64,000 bases of DNA from the NCBI GenBank assembly GCA_963818475.1, contig CAWFSF010000001.1, positions 224,001 to 288,000 of the forward strand, given 5' to 3'. Positions 22,083-34,184 of the stretch are shown in pieces (the first letter of the stretch is position 1; every line of letters begins with the position of its first letter). Origin of the DNA: Nitrospirota bacterium (GTDB lineage: Bacteria; Nitrospirota; UBA9217). The notes under the pieces were generated by a model. The model had not been told where the DNA came from. It made no database searches and saw only the letters and a list, made by a program, of their open reading frames with translations. The position numbers and the translations under genes were made by a program.

Positions 22083-22140
22083 ATGGTTTCCTTATGGTTC
22101 AAGATTCTAAGTCACCTGGGACTTGTCGCCTGCTTCTCAG

Positions 22141-22250
22141 CGACGCAGATGAACGCAGATTTAAAAACAATTCAGGCCTAATCATCCGCGAATGCACTCA
22201 AATAGACGCCAATATTCTTTCTGAATTCGCGTTTATTCGCGTGCATTCGC
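22141..22250. repeat. 9-nt-period inverted-repeat element (CGCGAAT/CGCAGAT type)
   Basis: CCGCGAATGCACTCAAATAGACGCCAAT ... ATTCGCGTTTATTCGCGTGCATTCGC. Confidence 0.7.
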
Positions 22251-22270
22251 TCAGGTTTCCAATCTTCGCT

Positions 22271-23391
22271 TCACCTCTTTAATCCCTTTCCCAACAACTC
22301 CACCACCCGGTCGATCTCCGCCTCCGTCGTTTCCCTGCCGAGACTGAACCGTATCGCCCCCCGTGCGAGCGAAAGGTCCGTACCCATGGCAACCAGCACA
22401 TGCGAAGCCTGGACCGTATCGCCGTGACAGGCGGCTCCGGGCGAAACGGCAATGCCCGTTAAGACCTCCATCACCTCGGACGCGTTGTGGCCTTCGAAAC
22501 TGATATTCCAGGTATTAGGAAGCTTTTTCTCTGGATGGCCGTTCAGATGCACCTTCAGTCCTGCGCGCTGAAGCCCTTCGAACAAACGCTTGCCCAGCTG
22601 TATCTGGCGATTGCCTTCAACATCGAGCAGCGGCATGGCTGCCATGGCAGCGGCGCCGAGTCCAACGATGAAGGCCGCATTCTCCGTGCCGGGCCGCAGG
22701 CCCCGCTCGTGTCCCGCGCCGTGCATGAGCGGTTCCAGTTTCCGTCCGGACCTGATATAGAGCGCGCCGATGCCTTTGGGCGCATAGAACTTGTGGCCTG
22801 CCACGGTCAGGAAGTCCACGCCGAGATCATCCACTTGCACGCGTACTTTCCCCACGCTCTGCGCTGCATCCGTATGGAATGGAATGTTCTGGGACGATGC
22901 GATCCGGCTAAGCTCCTTTGATGTCCTGGACCGTCCCCACCTCGTTGTTCGAATGCATGATCGAGATAAACGCCGTATCCGGAGTGATCGCCTTCACGAG
23001 ATCACCGGGAGCTACTATCCCGTATTTATCAACAGGCAGATAGGTCACCTTATATCCAAGGCGCTCGAGGTAGCGGCACGGTGCCAGCACCGCAGGGTGC
23101 TCTATTTGGGACGTGATGAGGTGCTTTCCTGCCTTCTAGCATGGCGATCCCGTTGATCACCATGTTGTTCGACTCGGTCGCACCGCTCGTAAAGATGATC
23201 TCCGAGGATTCGCATCCCAAAAGGAGCGCCAGCCGCTCCCGCGCCTGCTCGATGCCCGCCCTGATCGCGACGCCGAAGCTGTGGCTGCTCGACGGGTTGC
23301 CGTACTTCTGCTTGAGATAGGGCAGCATCTCGTCCAGGACCTGCGGGGCGATCGGCGTACTTGCGTTATAGTCGAGATAGATTGGGTTCAT
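22271..23391 (-). CDS. IscS/NifS-type cysteine desulfurase, frameshifted
   Basis: YLDYNASTP, FTSGATESNN, HSNNEVG, GHKFYAPKG, SPGAACH. Confidence 0.9.
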
Positions 23392-23483
23392 GGGTATCCT
23401 TCCGGATTACTCGCCGTCATTACGAACGAAGCGAAGCAATCTCGTGTTCCTCTTTGAAGGCCGTAAATATTTATTTTGTTGTC

Positions 23484-24065
23484 TCAGACGATTGTGCTCA
23501 TCACAAGCGACTCAAGGAAATACTCCCCGAGGTTCATAACACCGACCAGGACCGCTGCCGCGAGAAACGATGCAACAGCATATCCTGCTGATTGTTTTTT
23601 CGACGTTCCCGCTACACCTGCGATGCCAAGATACAGAAGATAGATGCTGTACAGCATCGCCGCATAGATCGCCCAGCCCATCTTCGGAATGACCGAGATG
23701 AACCCGGCAATAAAAAGCGGCGTGAACGAGTATGCCGCGACTTTGAATCCCTGGAGGCCGGCCCATCGAGCATCAGGAGCCGTGACGATCGCGGTAATGA
23801 CCGCACCGACGACCATGACGTTCAAGACATACATGCAGTACCAAAGCAGATTGGTTATCAGGAGATGGGCAAGAGCGTTGTCGGGAAGGTTCTTACTAAA
23901 GACAAAGCTGCCGGCGATCACTGCCAGCGGCGGGATTGCGGCAAGGGGGGCGACATATTTCAGGAGAAGATCCGCATAGGCGACCGGCTCATCTCTGATC
24001 ATCTGCCACTCATCCCGGGGATGGACAAGGATTTGCAGCATGCGGTTCAGGATCGTTCTCATCAC
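23484..24065 (-). CDS. Yip1 family membrane protein
   Basis: ILVHPRDEW N-terminus, AYSFTP, YSIYLLYLG, about 5 TM. Confidence 0.8.
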   Translation of the reverse strand: MMRTILNRMLQILVHPRDEWQMIRDEPVAYADLLLKYVAPLAAIPPLAVIAGSFVFSKNLPDNALAHLLITNLLWYCMYVLNVMVVGAVITAIVTAPDARWAGLQGFKVAAYSFTPLFIAGFISVIPKMGWAIYAAMLYSIYLLYLGIAGVAGTSKKQSAGYAVASFLAAAVLVGVMNLGEYFLESLVMSTIV

Positions 24066-24084
24066 GATAGTACCCCGCTCCGCA

Positions 24085-25786
24085 CTATGCCATGCCCCGG
24101 GCGATCATTTCCTGGGCATGCTTGATGGTCGCGTCGGTGATGGTCTTGCCGCCGAGCATGCGCGCGATCTCGTCGACCCGCTCCTGCTTGTCCAGCAGCC
24201 TGACCTCGGTGCTCGTCCGGTCCTTTTTCACGGACTTGGACACGCCGTAGTGGCTGGCTGCCATGCTCGCGATCTGCGGCAGATGGGTGATGCAGAAGAC
24301 CTGGCGCTTCGCCGCCACGCGCTTCAGCTTTTTCCCGACCTCTTCGGCCACCGCGCCGCCGATGCCGGCGTCCACCTCGTCGAACACCAGGGTCGGGATG
24401 GGGTCTCCCTCGACGAGGATGGTCTTGAGCGCCAGCATGATGCGCGAAAGCTCGCCGCCTGATGCGGTCTTGGCAAGCGGCTTCGGCTCCTCGCCGGGGT
24501 TGGGAGAGATCAGGAACTCCACGCGGTCGGCGCCGCGCGGTCCGAGCTTGTGGCCGTCGAGCGTGTCGTCGCCTGCCTCCTGCGTGATCTTGACGGTAAA
24601 GATCGTCTTTTTCATGCCGAGATGCGTAAGCTCCGCCTCGACCTTCTTCTCAAGATCGCGCGCTGCCGAGCCCCGCTTTTTCGTCAGCTGCTGCGCTTGC
24701 GAGGTCAGGCCGGACTTGATCGTCTGAACTTCCTTCTGCAGGCGCGCGATCTCTTCGGTGCTTCGCTCCATGCGCTCGAGCTCCGCTGCCGCCTGCTCGC
24801 CGAAGGCAATGACCTCGTCGATGGTGCCGCCGTATTTCTTCTTGAGCTTCTGGATCAGGTCCAGCCGGTCGCCGATCTGCTCCAGCCGGTCGGGATCGAA
24901 CTCGACCTTCCCGGCATAGGCAGATACTTCGCGCGCCGCTTCTTCGATCTGGGCGCGGCCTGCTTCGCAGAGCTCCAGCACCGGCGCCAGCCGGCTGTCG
25001 ATGGCAGCGATCTCGCGAAGGCTGTTAACGGCCTTCTTGAGCTCGGTCAGCACTGCGTGGTCTGCGGAATAGAGCACCTCGTCGGCAGCACGGGAAAGGC
25101 CGGCGATCTTTTCCGAGTTGGCAAGCAGCTTCTGCTCGTTCGCAAGCGCTTCGTCCTCGCCTGGCTTCAACGGTGAGGCCTCGATCTCGTTCTTCTGGAA
25201 ACGAAGCATGTCCTCGCGCTGCGCCCGGTCGCGCTCCCCGGTCTCAAGCTCCGCAAGCTCTTTTCTGATCTCCTGCAAGCGGCGATAGGCCTGGAACAAA
25301 GCCTCGCGGAGCGCATCGAGGCTGCCGAAGGAATCGAGCATTTCCATCTGGCGCTCCAGGGACAGGAGCGACTGATGCTCGTGCTGACCGTGGATGTCGG
25401 CCAGATGTCGCGCCGAGCGCAGACAGCGTGGCAAGGTTGGCCAGGCTGCCGTTGATGTAGACCTTGTTCTTGCCCGATGCCGCAAGCACCCGGCGGATGA
25501 TCAGGTCCTCGCCGGACTCCATCTCGATCCCCTGCTCGCCGAGCAGGTCCTTGACCTCTTTCGTTGCGCGGCCGTTCAGCTCGAACGCCGCTTCCACGAC
25601 CGCTTCCTGGCAGCCCGTCCGGATCAGGTCCGCGCTGGCACGCTCGCCGAGCGCAAGGTTCAGGGCATCGACGACGATGGACTTGCCCGCGCCGGTCTCG
25701 CCGGTGAACACGTTCAGCCCCGCGGTGAATTCCACGCGGAGCTGGTCGATGATGGCAAAATTCTTTATGTTCAGTTCTTTTAACAA
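24085..25786 (-). CDS. recN: DNA repair protein RecN, frameshifted
   Basis: TGETGAGKS, DIHGQHEHQ, ASGGELSR, FDEVDAGIGG, ITHLPQIA. Confidence 0.95.
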
Positions 25787-25804
25787 CGGGTGCCGCTCCC
25801 CTTG

Positions 25805-26377
25805 CTACTTGCCCCTTGCAACTTCTCGCACATTCTCAGCCTTCTTCAGTGCGAACTGCCCCTGTGTGGATTTGCCGTTCCCTCCGGCTTTTTTGTAATA
25901 CTGCAGGGCCAGTTCTTTCTTCCCCTGCTGTTCGCAGGAACGGCCTGCCCAGTAGTACGCCGTACTGACCCACATGCCTGCCTCGGGATAGAGCTCCGGG
26001 ATCTTCAGAAACTCGCTCACTGCCTGATCGTGCCGGCCCAGAAGAAAATTGCAGAACCCGATCCAGTACCGGGTCCCGGGCTGGGCAGCGCGGTCCTGAT
26101 CGGCAAGTGCGGCCTGATAGGCATGGATGGCGTTCTGGTACGAACCGAGCCGGTAATAACTGTCGCCGATCCTGGTATACACATCACTGGCAGGGATCTC
26201 TTCTGAAAAGGAGGAAAGGACCAGCTCGTACAGCGGGAGCGCTTCATTATACTGCGCTGAAGAGAAGAGCGCATTTGCTTTTTTATAATTATCGGCTGCA
26301 GAAGTTTCGCTGGACGCGAACGTTTCTCCGCACGGCAGGAATGCAGCTATGATCAACAGAACAAGCGCTTTTCTCAT
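25805..26377 (-). CDS. Periplasmic tetratricopeptide repeat protein
   Basis: Signal peptide followed by TPR-like helices. Confidence 0.75.
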   Translation of the reverse strand: MRKALVLLIIAAFLPCGETFASSETSAADNYKKANALFSSAQYNEALPLYELVLSSFSEEIPASDVYTRIGDSYYRLGSYQNAIHAYQAALADQDRAAQPGTRYWIGFCNFLLGRHDQAVSEFLKIPELYPEAGMWVSTAYYWAGRSCEQQGKKELALQYYKKAGGNGKSTQGQFALKKAENVREVARGK

Positions 26378-26477
26378 GCGGCCCCCTGAAAACTGTTGCA
26401 AATTTACCACAAACCATGGGGGTATTCAAGAATAATCTAGGACATGCTCTGTTCTGCACGAGACACAAAAAAGCGGC

Positions 26478-26612
26478 ATTGGACACAGATCAAATCGGGT
26501 AAGAACCGGATAAAGTCGGATTTTTTGGGAAGGAGCTTCACCTCTTTTTGTGAGGATTCCATTCTCGTTTTTTCCGCCTTTATCAGACGTTAATCCGAAC
26601 CTTCCGTGTCCA
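26478..26612. repeat. Inverted-repeat element (GGACAC...GTGTCC type)
   Basis: TTGGACACAGAT...CCGGATAAAGTCGGAT ... TTTATCAGACGTTAATCCGAACCTTCCGTGTCCAA. Confidence 0.6.
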
Positions 26613-26652
26613 AATGATTTGTTTTTGAAGAACTGCGCTTGCAGGTAAGGAG

Positions 26653-27285
26653 CTACAGCGGATTGATGCGGATGGAGGCCGTGCTTCGCAAGTCAGCCAG
26701 GTACTGCTCTAGCTGCTTGCCCGTCTCCTGGTCCATGAGGAAGGCCGTTATCTGTTTTTGCACTTCCGGGAACTCTTTGCCCTGGAACTGGGCTGCATGG
26801 GAATCGAAGTAGCGCTGGGCTTCCTCGCGGCCAATGCGGATGTACAGGCCGATCTTCTTTTCAATGAAGCGCTCCACCAAAAGCCGGTCGCCCATCATGC
26901 GCTCCAGGTCCTGGCTGGATAGACGGGAGTTGGACAGGAATGCATCGAACGCCTCGGCCGACCCCAGCCGTTTCTTGAATGCTTCGACCTGGGCCCGCCT
27001 GTCCTGCTCGGACAGCATCGACGAACTTGAGCCGCCGCGCCTCCTGGAGCAGCAACAGCCGGTTGATCAGACCGTCTCGCGTTTCCTCTTTCAGCCGGTT
27101 CCGGTCCTGCGCAGGCCCCGACAGTGCCTCGTTGATGCTTACCGCCTGCTCAAGATCGCATGGCCGTGATGACGTCGTTATTGACCGCGGCCACGATGTG
27201 GTCGATCCGCTCCGCCTGCGCAATGGAGAATCAGGAAGAGACCGAAGAGTCCGGCGAAAAAGGCCGTCAACAACAGCCTCTTCAC
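26653..27285 (-). CDS. SurA N-terminal domain protein, frameshifted
   Basis: IDHIVAAVNNDVI, LINRLLLLQEARRL, YLADLRSTASIRI across frames. Confidence 0.7.
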
Positions 27286-27294
27286 TCCCCTATC

Positions 27295-27370
27295 AACCGC
27301 GAATGAACGCGAATAGACGCTGATAATTTCTTTTTTCTTGATTCGCGTTCATTCGTGTTCATTCGCGGTT
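27295..27370. repeat. 9-nt-period inverted-repeat element (CGCGAAT type)
   Basis: AACCGCGAATGAACGCGAATAGACGCTGAT ... ATTCGCGTTCATTCGTGTTCATTCGCGGTT. Confidence 0.85.
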
Positions 27371-27410
27371 CCAACGCCTCTCCGCTGTTTGTATTCAATC
27401 CGCACTGGAA

Positions 27411-29343
27411 TCATCCTTCTTTCAGGTCCGTCATCTTGACGCCCTTGAGATAGTCCACGGTCTTTTCCTTCTTGATCCCCTCAAGCCGCTTCACGATCTC
27501 GGCGATCCTGAGCGCGTTGTTCAGGATCGTTTCAAGGCGCACGAACAGGTCTTTGTCCTTGTCCTCGTAGCGTTCCATCAAAAGCTCGATATTGCCGATG
27601 ACCGTGGTGAGCGGGTTGTTGATCTCATGCCGCACCGCCACGCCCACCTGGCCGATGGCCCCCACCCGCTCGGCCTTGACGAGCATCTCCCTCAGGTGCT
27701 TCTGCTCCGTCACATCGCGCGCAGACAGCTGGTAGCCGACGGCGACGCGGTTCTCGAACATCGCGCGCGCGCTCACTTCTACATAGGCGTGGCTGCCGTC
27801 CCGCTTCAGCACTTCAAGCTCCACGATCCTCCGCATGCCGGCGCGCTCACCGAGGAGCCTCTTGCGGGCCGCGTCCGCGCTCTCGGTGGTCAGAAAATCG
27901 AAGACGCTCTTGCCGTGCAGCTCTACCTTGGAGTAACCCAGAAATTTTTCCGCCGACCGGTTGACCGCGGTAAAGTGTCCTTCCCCATCCATGGTAAACA
28001 GAATATCGCGTGCGTTCTCGAAGAGGTCCCAGAACTTTTCGCTCGATTCCTTCACCTCGACGTAGAACCGGAAGTTCTCGATCGCCATGCCGAGCTGGGC
28101 GCCGATGGAGTCAAGCATCTGGATGTCCGAGGGCTGCAGGGTAAACTCTGTGGTCGGGTAGAGGAACATGACGCCGAGCACCACGCCGCGCGATTTGATC
28201 GGGACGATAACGTGGGCATGGTCGGTGCCGCCCGGCCTTCCGGCTATGGCGCGGGTCCTTGCACCCCTGTTCGGCGAACAGCAGTTCACCGCTCTGGGCG
28301 ACCATGCCGCACAGACACTCACCCATCTGGATGGTCTGTTCGTGCTCGACGAAGTCCGCGGGCAGCCCCTGCTGGACCACGAGGCGCAGCTGCCTGCCGT
28401 CAGGCTCGACCAGAAAAATTCCGCCCTGCGGTTGCATGTTCGTCAGGCTGCGCATGATCACGGCCAGCGAGTTCTGGAGCACCGCGGACAGGCTGCCGGC
28501 CTGTCCCAGGGTCAGGGCAACGGAATTGAGGGCGCTGATCTCCCTCGTCCGGTCGGAAAGCCGCTGTTCCAGCTCGGCGTAGGATTGTTTCAGTTTCTGC
28601 GCCATGTCGTTGAAGCGCTGGCCGAGCTTGCCGATATCGCTTTCCGAGTAGATCCTCATCTGGTAGTCAAGGTTTCCCTGGCTGATCGCCCGGGTCCCGT
28701 TCCAGAGCTCGTACAGAGGGACCGACACCGTGCGGTGAATATAGACGCCAAACCCCGCAAGAAAGGTGACCGCCGTTGCCAGGATGACGAGGAACAGCAA
28801 GTTGATCCTTGTCTTGGTGGCATGAAGTTTGTCCATGATGGCGCCCAGCTGGAGTGTGCTTTCTTCTTTAAAAACGTCGATGTCCCGGCTGGTCATCGCC
28901 ATGGTCAGGTCAAGTTCGCTCAGCAGGGACTGCACCAGCACCCGGTTCCTGCCGTGCGGATCGTCGACCGAAAAGATCCGGGACGAATTTTTATCGACCG
29001 TTTCAAGATCGACGCTGAGCCTGGAAAGGAGGTCCTTTTCCCTGCTGCTGAGATCCAGTTTCTCTATATCACCGACCATCTGATGCGCATCAAAACGCGA
29101 AAGTTCGAAGCTGTTCCGGGCCCGGATATCGCTGGTCGCAGCATAGCGACGGGCGGACCGTGACATCTCCTCCACCTGTTTCTCGATCTCCCAGATCTTC
29201 TGAAACTCGACCGAGACATGGCTGACCGCCTGCGTGGTGAGCGAAAAGACCGAGGTCATGTTCAGGAGGGAGAGCACGGCTATCGTCAGGATCAGCAGTA
29301 TGCCGAAGCCGACGAGCCCTATGAGCCTTCGTTGTATCCTCAT
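27411..29343 (-). CDS. Membrane sensor with HAMP, GAF, PAS and HisKA but no HATPase domain; frameshifted
   Basis: 2 TM, HAMP, GAF, PAS, HEINNPL; protein ends shortly after the dimerisation helices. Confidence 0.75.
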
Positions 29344-29569
29344 GGTTTGCCTGGAAAATTCACTTACGTTATTCCGTACGACCTGACTCGAACAAGCCGG
29401 ATTAGAATCTTCGACAGGATAACGGTCACCGACCACAGGCACGATAAAATCCGATAAAAAAATTTCATCCCGAAAATCCTGTCAATCCTGTTATCCTGTC
29501 CGGACTTTGCTTGATGTCCGACTGATGAATAATACCACTGTTCAGCGCACCCGTCCAGTACCGCACCCG

Positions 29570-32356
29570 CTAGAACATATTGCCGATATTGAAATGCAGT
29601 TCGCCCGGGCTCTCGCCGGAACGGCGGTTGATTTTCTGTCCGTAGTCGAGCCGCAGCGGCCCCACGGGCGTATTGTAGCGGATGCCTATGCCATAGGAGG
29701 CGCGGTAAGGAGGCGCATCGACCTGCACGATGACTCCGGGCACTGTCGCGTCTGCAAGATCCGGCCTCCGGACCCTGCCGGCATCGGCAAAGAACACCAT
29801 GCCGAAGCCTTCGATCTGGTTCAGCCGGAGCTCGGCGTTCGCCATGACCATGCTCTCGCCGCCCAGGGGCGATCAACTGTGCCGTCGGGAGCTTTCGCTG
29901 CCGGACCGACGGAGTCCTGCAGATACCCCCGCAGCGTGGTCGCGCCGCCGAGGTAGAACCGCTCATGGATCGGGATCGTCGTCGTATCCCGCTGGGGCAC
30001 GGCCACGCCACCGCGTCCTGACAGGGCCAGGACCGATTTGCTCGTGATCGGGAAAGTACCAGCTGGTCTGGGCAGTCAGTTTCGTAAAGTCGGCCTGGGA
30101 ACCGAGCATCTTCAGCGCCTCCTTGACCGCAAGACCATGGAGCGATCCTCTGCGCGGATTGAAGGGGTCGTCCCGCAGGTCCAGGACAACGCCCGGCGTA
30201 ATGCTGCTCACCCGCACCCTGCCGCTGTCGTCGGCCGACAGGATCGCGGCGGGACGGACATTATAGTTGTCCACGTTCTCGTACTGGTAAATGAGCGAAA
30301 GCTTAAGGCCGTTGTCGTACAAGCGGGACAGCCCCGTGGCAACCTCGGTCTTCCGCGTCTGGTAATAGATATCGCGCGTATCAGCGTTCAATCGCTTCTC
30401 GTCGGACCAGGCCACGCGAACGCCGGCCTCGAGCCGCTGGTTCAGGAACCAGGGTTCCCTGAAGTTCACCACCGCCTGCTCAACAATGTCGCTTGCGGCG
30501 ACGCGAAGGCCCAGGAACTGCGCCTGCCCCCAGAGGTTGCGGTAGGTGACATCGACGGAGCCGCGAAACCGGTCCAGATCGCCGTAGCCCACGCCGATCT
30601 CCACGGAACCGGCAGGCCGTTCCTCGACGGTCAGGAGCATGTCCCTGCTGTACTCTTTTTCGCCGGCGCGCAGCGGCTCGAACCTGACCAGGCTGAAGAA
30701 GCCCAGGCGGTAGATGTGCTGCTGGCCCGAAAGCACCGCGCCGTAATCGTAGGGGTCGCCGGGATGCACGTTCACCTCCCGCAGGATGACCTGGTCGTCG
30801 GTGCGCTCGTTGCCCCTCAGAATGATCCTGCCGACCCTGACCATCTGATCTTCGGTGATCCGGAATACCAGGTCGATGCTGCTCCCCTCCTCGGTCCGCT
30901 CCACGTCGACGCGGGAATACAGGTAGCCTCGGGACGCATAGGCCGACAGAATGCGGTACCGTTCCTCTTCCACGAGCCGCTCGCTGAACGGAGAGCCGCG
31001 CTTGAGGCCAATCCTGGACTGCAGGTCGGCACTGCTCAGCGCACTGTTGCCCTCGAAGATGATGTTTCTGATCGTCGTACGCGGCCCCTCCGTGATATCG
31101 ATCGTAACCAGAGCCTCCGTCCCGTCCGCCGAAATATCGACCCTGCTCTTTGCCACAGCAGAAAGGAACCCGGCGTCCACATAGCGATCATGGAGATATT
31201 CCGTGTCGTTGGCAAGCTGGTCATCGCGGAAAGGCCGCGAGGTGAACCAGCCCGGCTCCTGCAGGCCCAGCTCTTCCTTGAGCTGCTTCGGGGACAGGAA
31301 GGCAGCGCCGGTGATTTCGATCTTTTTTATCGTCACGCGAAGGCCTTCGGTGATCGTAAACACCAGGTCGAGCGTCCCCTTTTCCTCGGCGCTCTTCGCC
31401 GTAACATCCACATCCCGGTATCCCGCCTCCCGATAGGCCGTTTTGATCTTTTCGACGCTGCTCTCGATGATCGCGGGGGAGTCGTCATGCTCCGACCAGA
31501 TGAGCAGGAGCCCGTTCAGTTTTTTATCGCTGAACGCATGATTGCCCGAGAACCGCACCTGCACCCTGCGGCCCTCGATGATCTGCATGCGGACAGCGGC
31601 CTTGCCGTCCCTGAAGCTGATGTCCACGGGCCCCGGCCTGGCAGCAGGGTACCCCGCCTTCGCATATTTTTCAACGATGGCAGACCTGTCCGTATCCTGC
31701 AGCAGGCCGCTCTTCACTGGTTTTCCGGGCCGGCTCTTCATCACGCGCAGCAGGTCCTTGTCCTGAAACACCGTATTTCCCGTAAAGGTGATCGCTTCGA
31801 TGACGGTCGGCTCGTTCTCCCGGATGGAGATCGTCAGCATGGCACGGTGGGGTTTCCTGGCGGGTGAGGCGGCAATGGCGACCTCGGCAGCATCGTATCC
31901 TTCGGCCTTGTACAGGGCAAGGACCCGCGCTCTGAGACCGGGCAGCCTGTCTTCCCGGAGTTCCCGGTTCTCAAGCCGGGGCAGCTCCGCCTTGATAGCA
32001 TCGGTCGAAAGCGCGTGATTTCCCGTTACCCTGACCGATTCAACGATCGTCATCGGCAGCAGCGTGTACACGAGGCGCACGCCCTTGTCATCGGGAAAGG
32101 CATCGACCCGGATGTCCGTGAACAGGCCCTTCAGGTACAGGAAAGCGATCCCGTCCCTGACGGCCTTTCGCGAAAAGGGATCGCCGGGCTTGAATCCCAC
32201 GAGGGGCAGGAGCAATTCAGGGTGCGGCCAGGGAGCGCCGTGCTCATCAACAAGAGCGATCTGGGTGACCGGAAGACCGGAAAGATCAGCTGCTGCAGCT
32301 GAAGAAGTGAGCACGAGCAGAGCCGCGCAGACCGCGCATAAGTGCAACAATTTCAT
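29570..32356 (-). CDS. Omp85 family (BamA/TamA-like) outer membrane protein, frameshifted
   Basis: Multiple POTRA domains, ERFYLGG...LRGY, TPVGPLRLDYG, terminal F. Confidence 0.88.
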
Positions 32357-32591
32357 AAATAATTTTTAACACATCGAAGAAGGAATGTAAAGGATGATTC
32401 CCCGGTGGCCTGAAAGGAATTCTCACGATGTCATATAAAAACGTCGCATTTGCCTCATATGATTTGCATCATTACCCATGACCGTTGTTATAGTACAATA
32501 ACGACATTGAATCGTTCAATACCTGTCACGATACTTCTAGCTGAAGAAAAACCGTTCCGTGGATTACAAACACCTTCATCGCATCTTGCCC

Positions 32592-32824
32592 ATGGCGGGC
32601 ATTTTCATCCTGCTGGCAGCACCGCCTGCTCGCCTCGTCGCGTGCCGGCTGAAGCGGCAGCGCCCTATCACAACCTGGGTGCCATGAGCCCCGGCGGAAA
32701 AACGGAAATTGATGACATCAAACAGAAGCTGCGGATGCTGAACGAGAAACGCCTTAAAGGGGAGCTGTCAGGGCAAGAGTGTGAGAAGTTGAAGGATCAA
32801 CTGCTTGATGAGAAGGGCTTCTAG
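32592..32824 (+). CDS. Possible small lipoprotein with SHOCT-like C-terminus (frameshifted, start uncertain)
   Basis: QKLRMLNEKRLKGELSGQECEKLKDQLL resembles SHOCT. Confidence 0.4.
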
Positions 32825-32852
32825 GGCGCGGGGGAACGGAGGATCAAGGATT

Positions 32853-32880
32853 TGTAGGGGCGGGTTTCAAACCCGCCCTA
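32853..32880. repeat. GTAG-family REP palindrome
   Basis: TGTAGGGGCGGGTTTCAAACCCGCCCTA. Confidence 0.75.
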
Positions 32881-32921
32881 AGCATAACCTCGGACGACAC
32901 ATGGGGAAATAGCCGCAACGA

Positions 32922-33161
32922 TCACGAAGCTTTTTCCAGTCGCTCCGCAACCCAAACCTTGATGATCGACTGCCGGGGGACCCCAAGGCGTTTTGCCTCT
33001 TTGTCCAATAACTGGATCATCCACACGGGGAAGTCCACGTTCACGCGTTTCTGTTCATGCTCGGGCCTTCGCGCCTTTTTCAGATCCAGGTGCTTTGAAA
33101 TATCCGCACCCTCATCGAATTTTTTGTCAAAATCACGCGCTTTCACTTTCATATATATCAA
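32922..33161 (-). CDS. BrnA/CopG-like antitoxin
   Basis: FDKKFDEG...KRVNVDFPVWMI...GVPRQSIIKVW; overlaps the toxin gene. Confidence 0.85.
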   Translation of the reverse strand: MIYMKVKARDFDKKFDEGADISKHLDLKKARRPEHEQKRVNVDFPVWMIQLLDKEAKRLGVPRQSIIKVWVAERLEKAS

Positions 33162-33402
33162 CCTCCTCTTTCCTCGACCGCCGCACCGATATCAACCTTA
33201 CTTTCCCGTCTCGATAGGTGATGACGCCCGACCAGTGCTTTCCCGCTATCCTTCCAATCACCAGATAGCGCTGTTCGTCAATGGTTTGAACGGGAATTTC
33301 TATCAAATCGGGATCATCCCACAAAGCTTGAGCCTCATGGAAATCGAGCCCGTGTTTTTGCTTGTTGCTGTCGCTCTTTTTGGAGTCGAACTCAAATTCC
33401 AT
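33133..33402 (-). CDS. BrnT family toxin
   Basis: MEFEFDSKKSDSNKQKHGLDF...RLISVRRSRKEE. Confidence 0.88.
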   Translation of the reverse strand: MEFEFDSKKSDSNKQKHGLDFHEAQALWDDPDLIEIPVQTIDEQRYLVIGRIAGKHWSGVITYRDGKVRLISVRRSRKEEVDIYESESA

Positions 33403-33614
33403 GGTATAGAAATTATACCTTAATTATACCGGCGGTCAAGGGTTCTTTTCAAGGATGCGTCGGATTTCGCGCGTTCTACCCGACCTCCTGACGGTGAAAT
33501 CACGGGGGAACGGATGCTCCATGAAGTGAAACTCAACAGTTCCCAAAAACATCATTCACAACGATCGTTAAGTTTGTTGCGTCAGTTTCATATTGCTCTT
33601 CCTGTCCTACCGAC

Positions 33615-34184
33615 TCACGCAGTTTTCCGTTGAATGAGTCTCACAATATTCAAAAGTATCGCCACTATCGGTTTGAGTATGAACCCCACGGGTTTTAGCC
33701 ATTTGTACCTCTGGCGAAAATAATGACGCCCAAGTTTTTTCTGCCAGTCTTCTGCAACATCCTCACGTTCTCGGTGTTCTGGCGCACGTGTTGAATGAAT
33801 ATGATGCCCCAGTTCATGGTACAACACCTCTGTAAGTAATAAATCCTGAAACAAAGGGGCCTTAACAACCAGAATAGGCCAGCGGTGAATGATCTTATCG
33901 ACGAAAAGTTCGATCGTGGCTGCTTTCCCTTGACACTTGTAGTGATATAAACCGCGACACTCACGGACAGCTACTTTGCGCTTTCTCGATAAGGTTTTTT
34001 GTCTTCTTCGACTATGATTAAGCCCGTCGATATTTGTTAATATGACAGAATGGAGCCCATTAACATACTTCCCCGGGACGCCGTCAATAAGACGCTCAAC
34101 AGACCTGCGAACCCATGACGGTGGAGAATAATCTTTGTAACTTTCGCAAATTTCAATTTTTTGCTTATTGATCAACGCCGCCAA
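33615..34184 (-). CDS. Hypothetical protein with zincin-like HExGH motif
   Basis: LYHELGHH; lower GC than neighbours. Confidence 0.6.
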   Translation of the reverse strand: MAALINKQKIEICESYKDYSPPSWVRRSVERLIDGVPGKYVNGLHSVILTNIDGLNHSRRRQKTLSRKRKVAVRECRGLYHYKCQGKAATIELFVDKIIHRWPILVVKAPLFQDLLLTEVLYHELGHHIHSTRAPEHREREDVAEDWQKKLGRHYFRQRYKWLKPVGFILKPIVAILLNIVRLIQRKTA

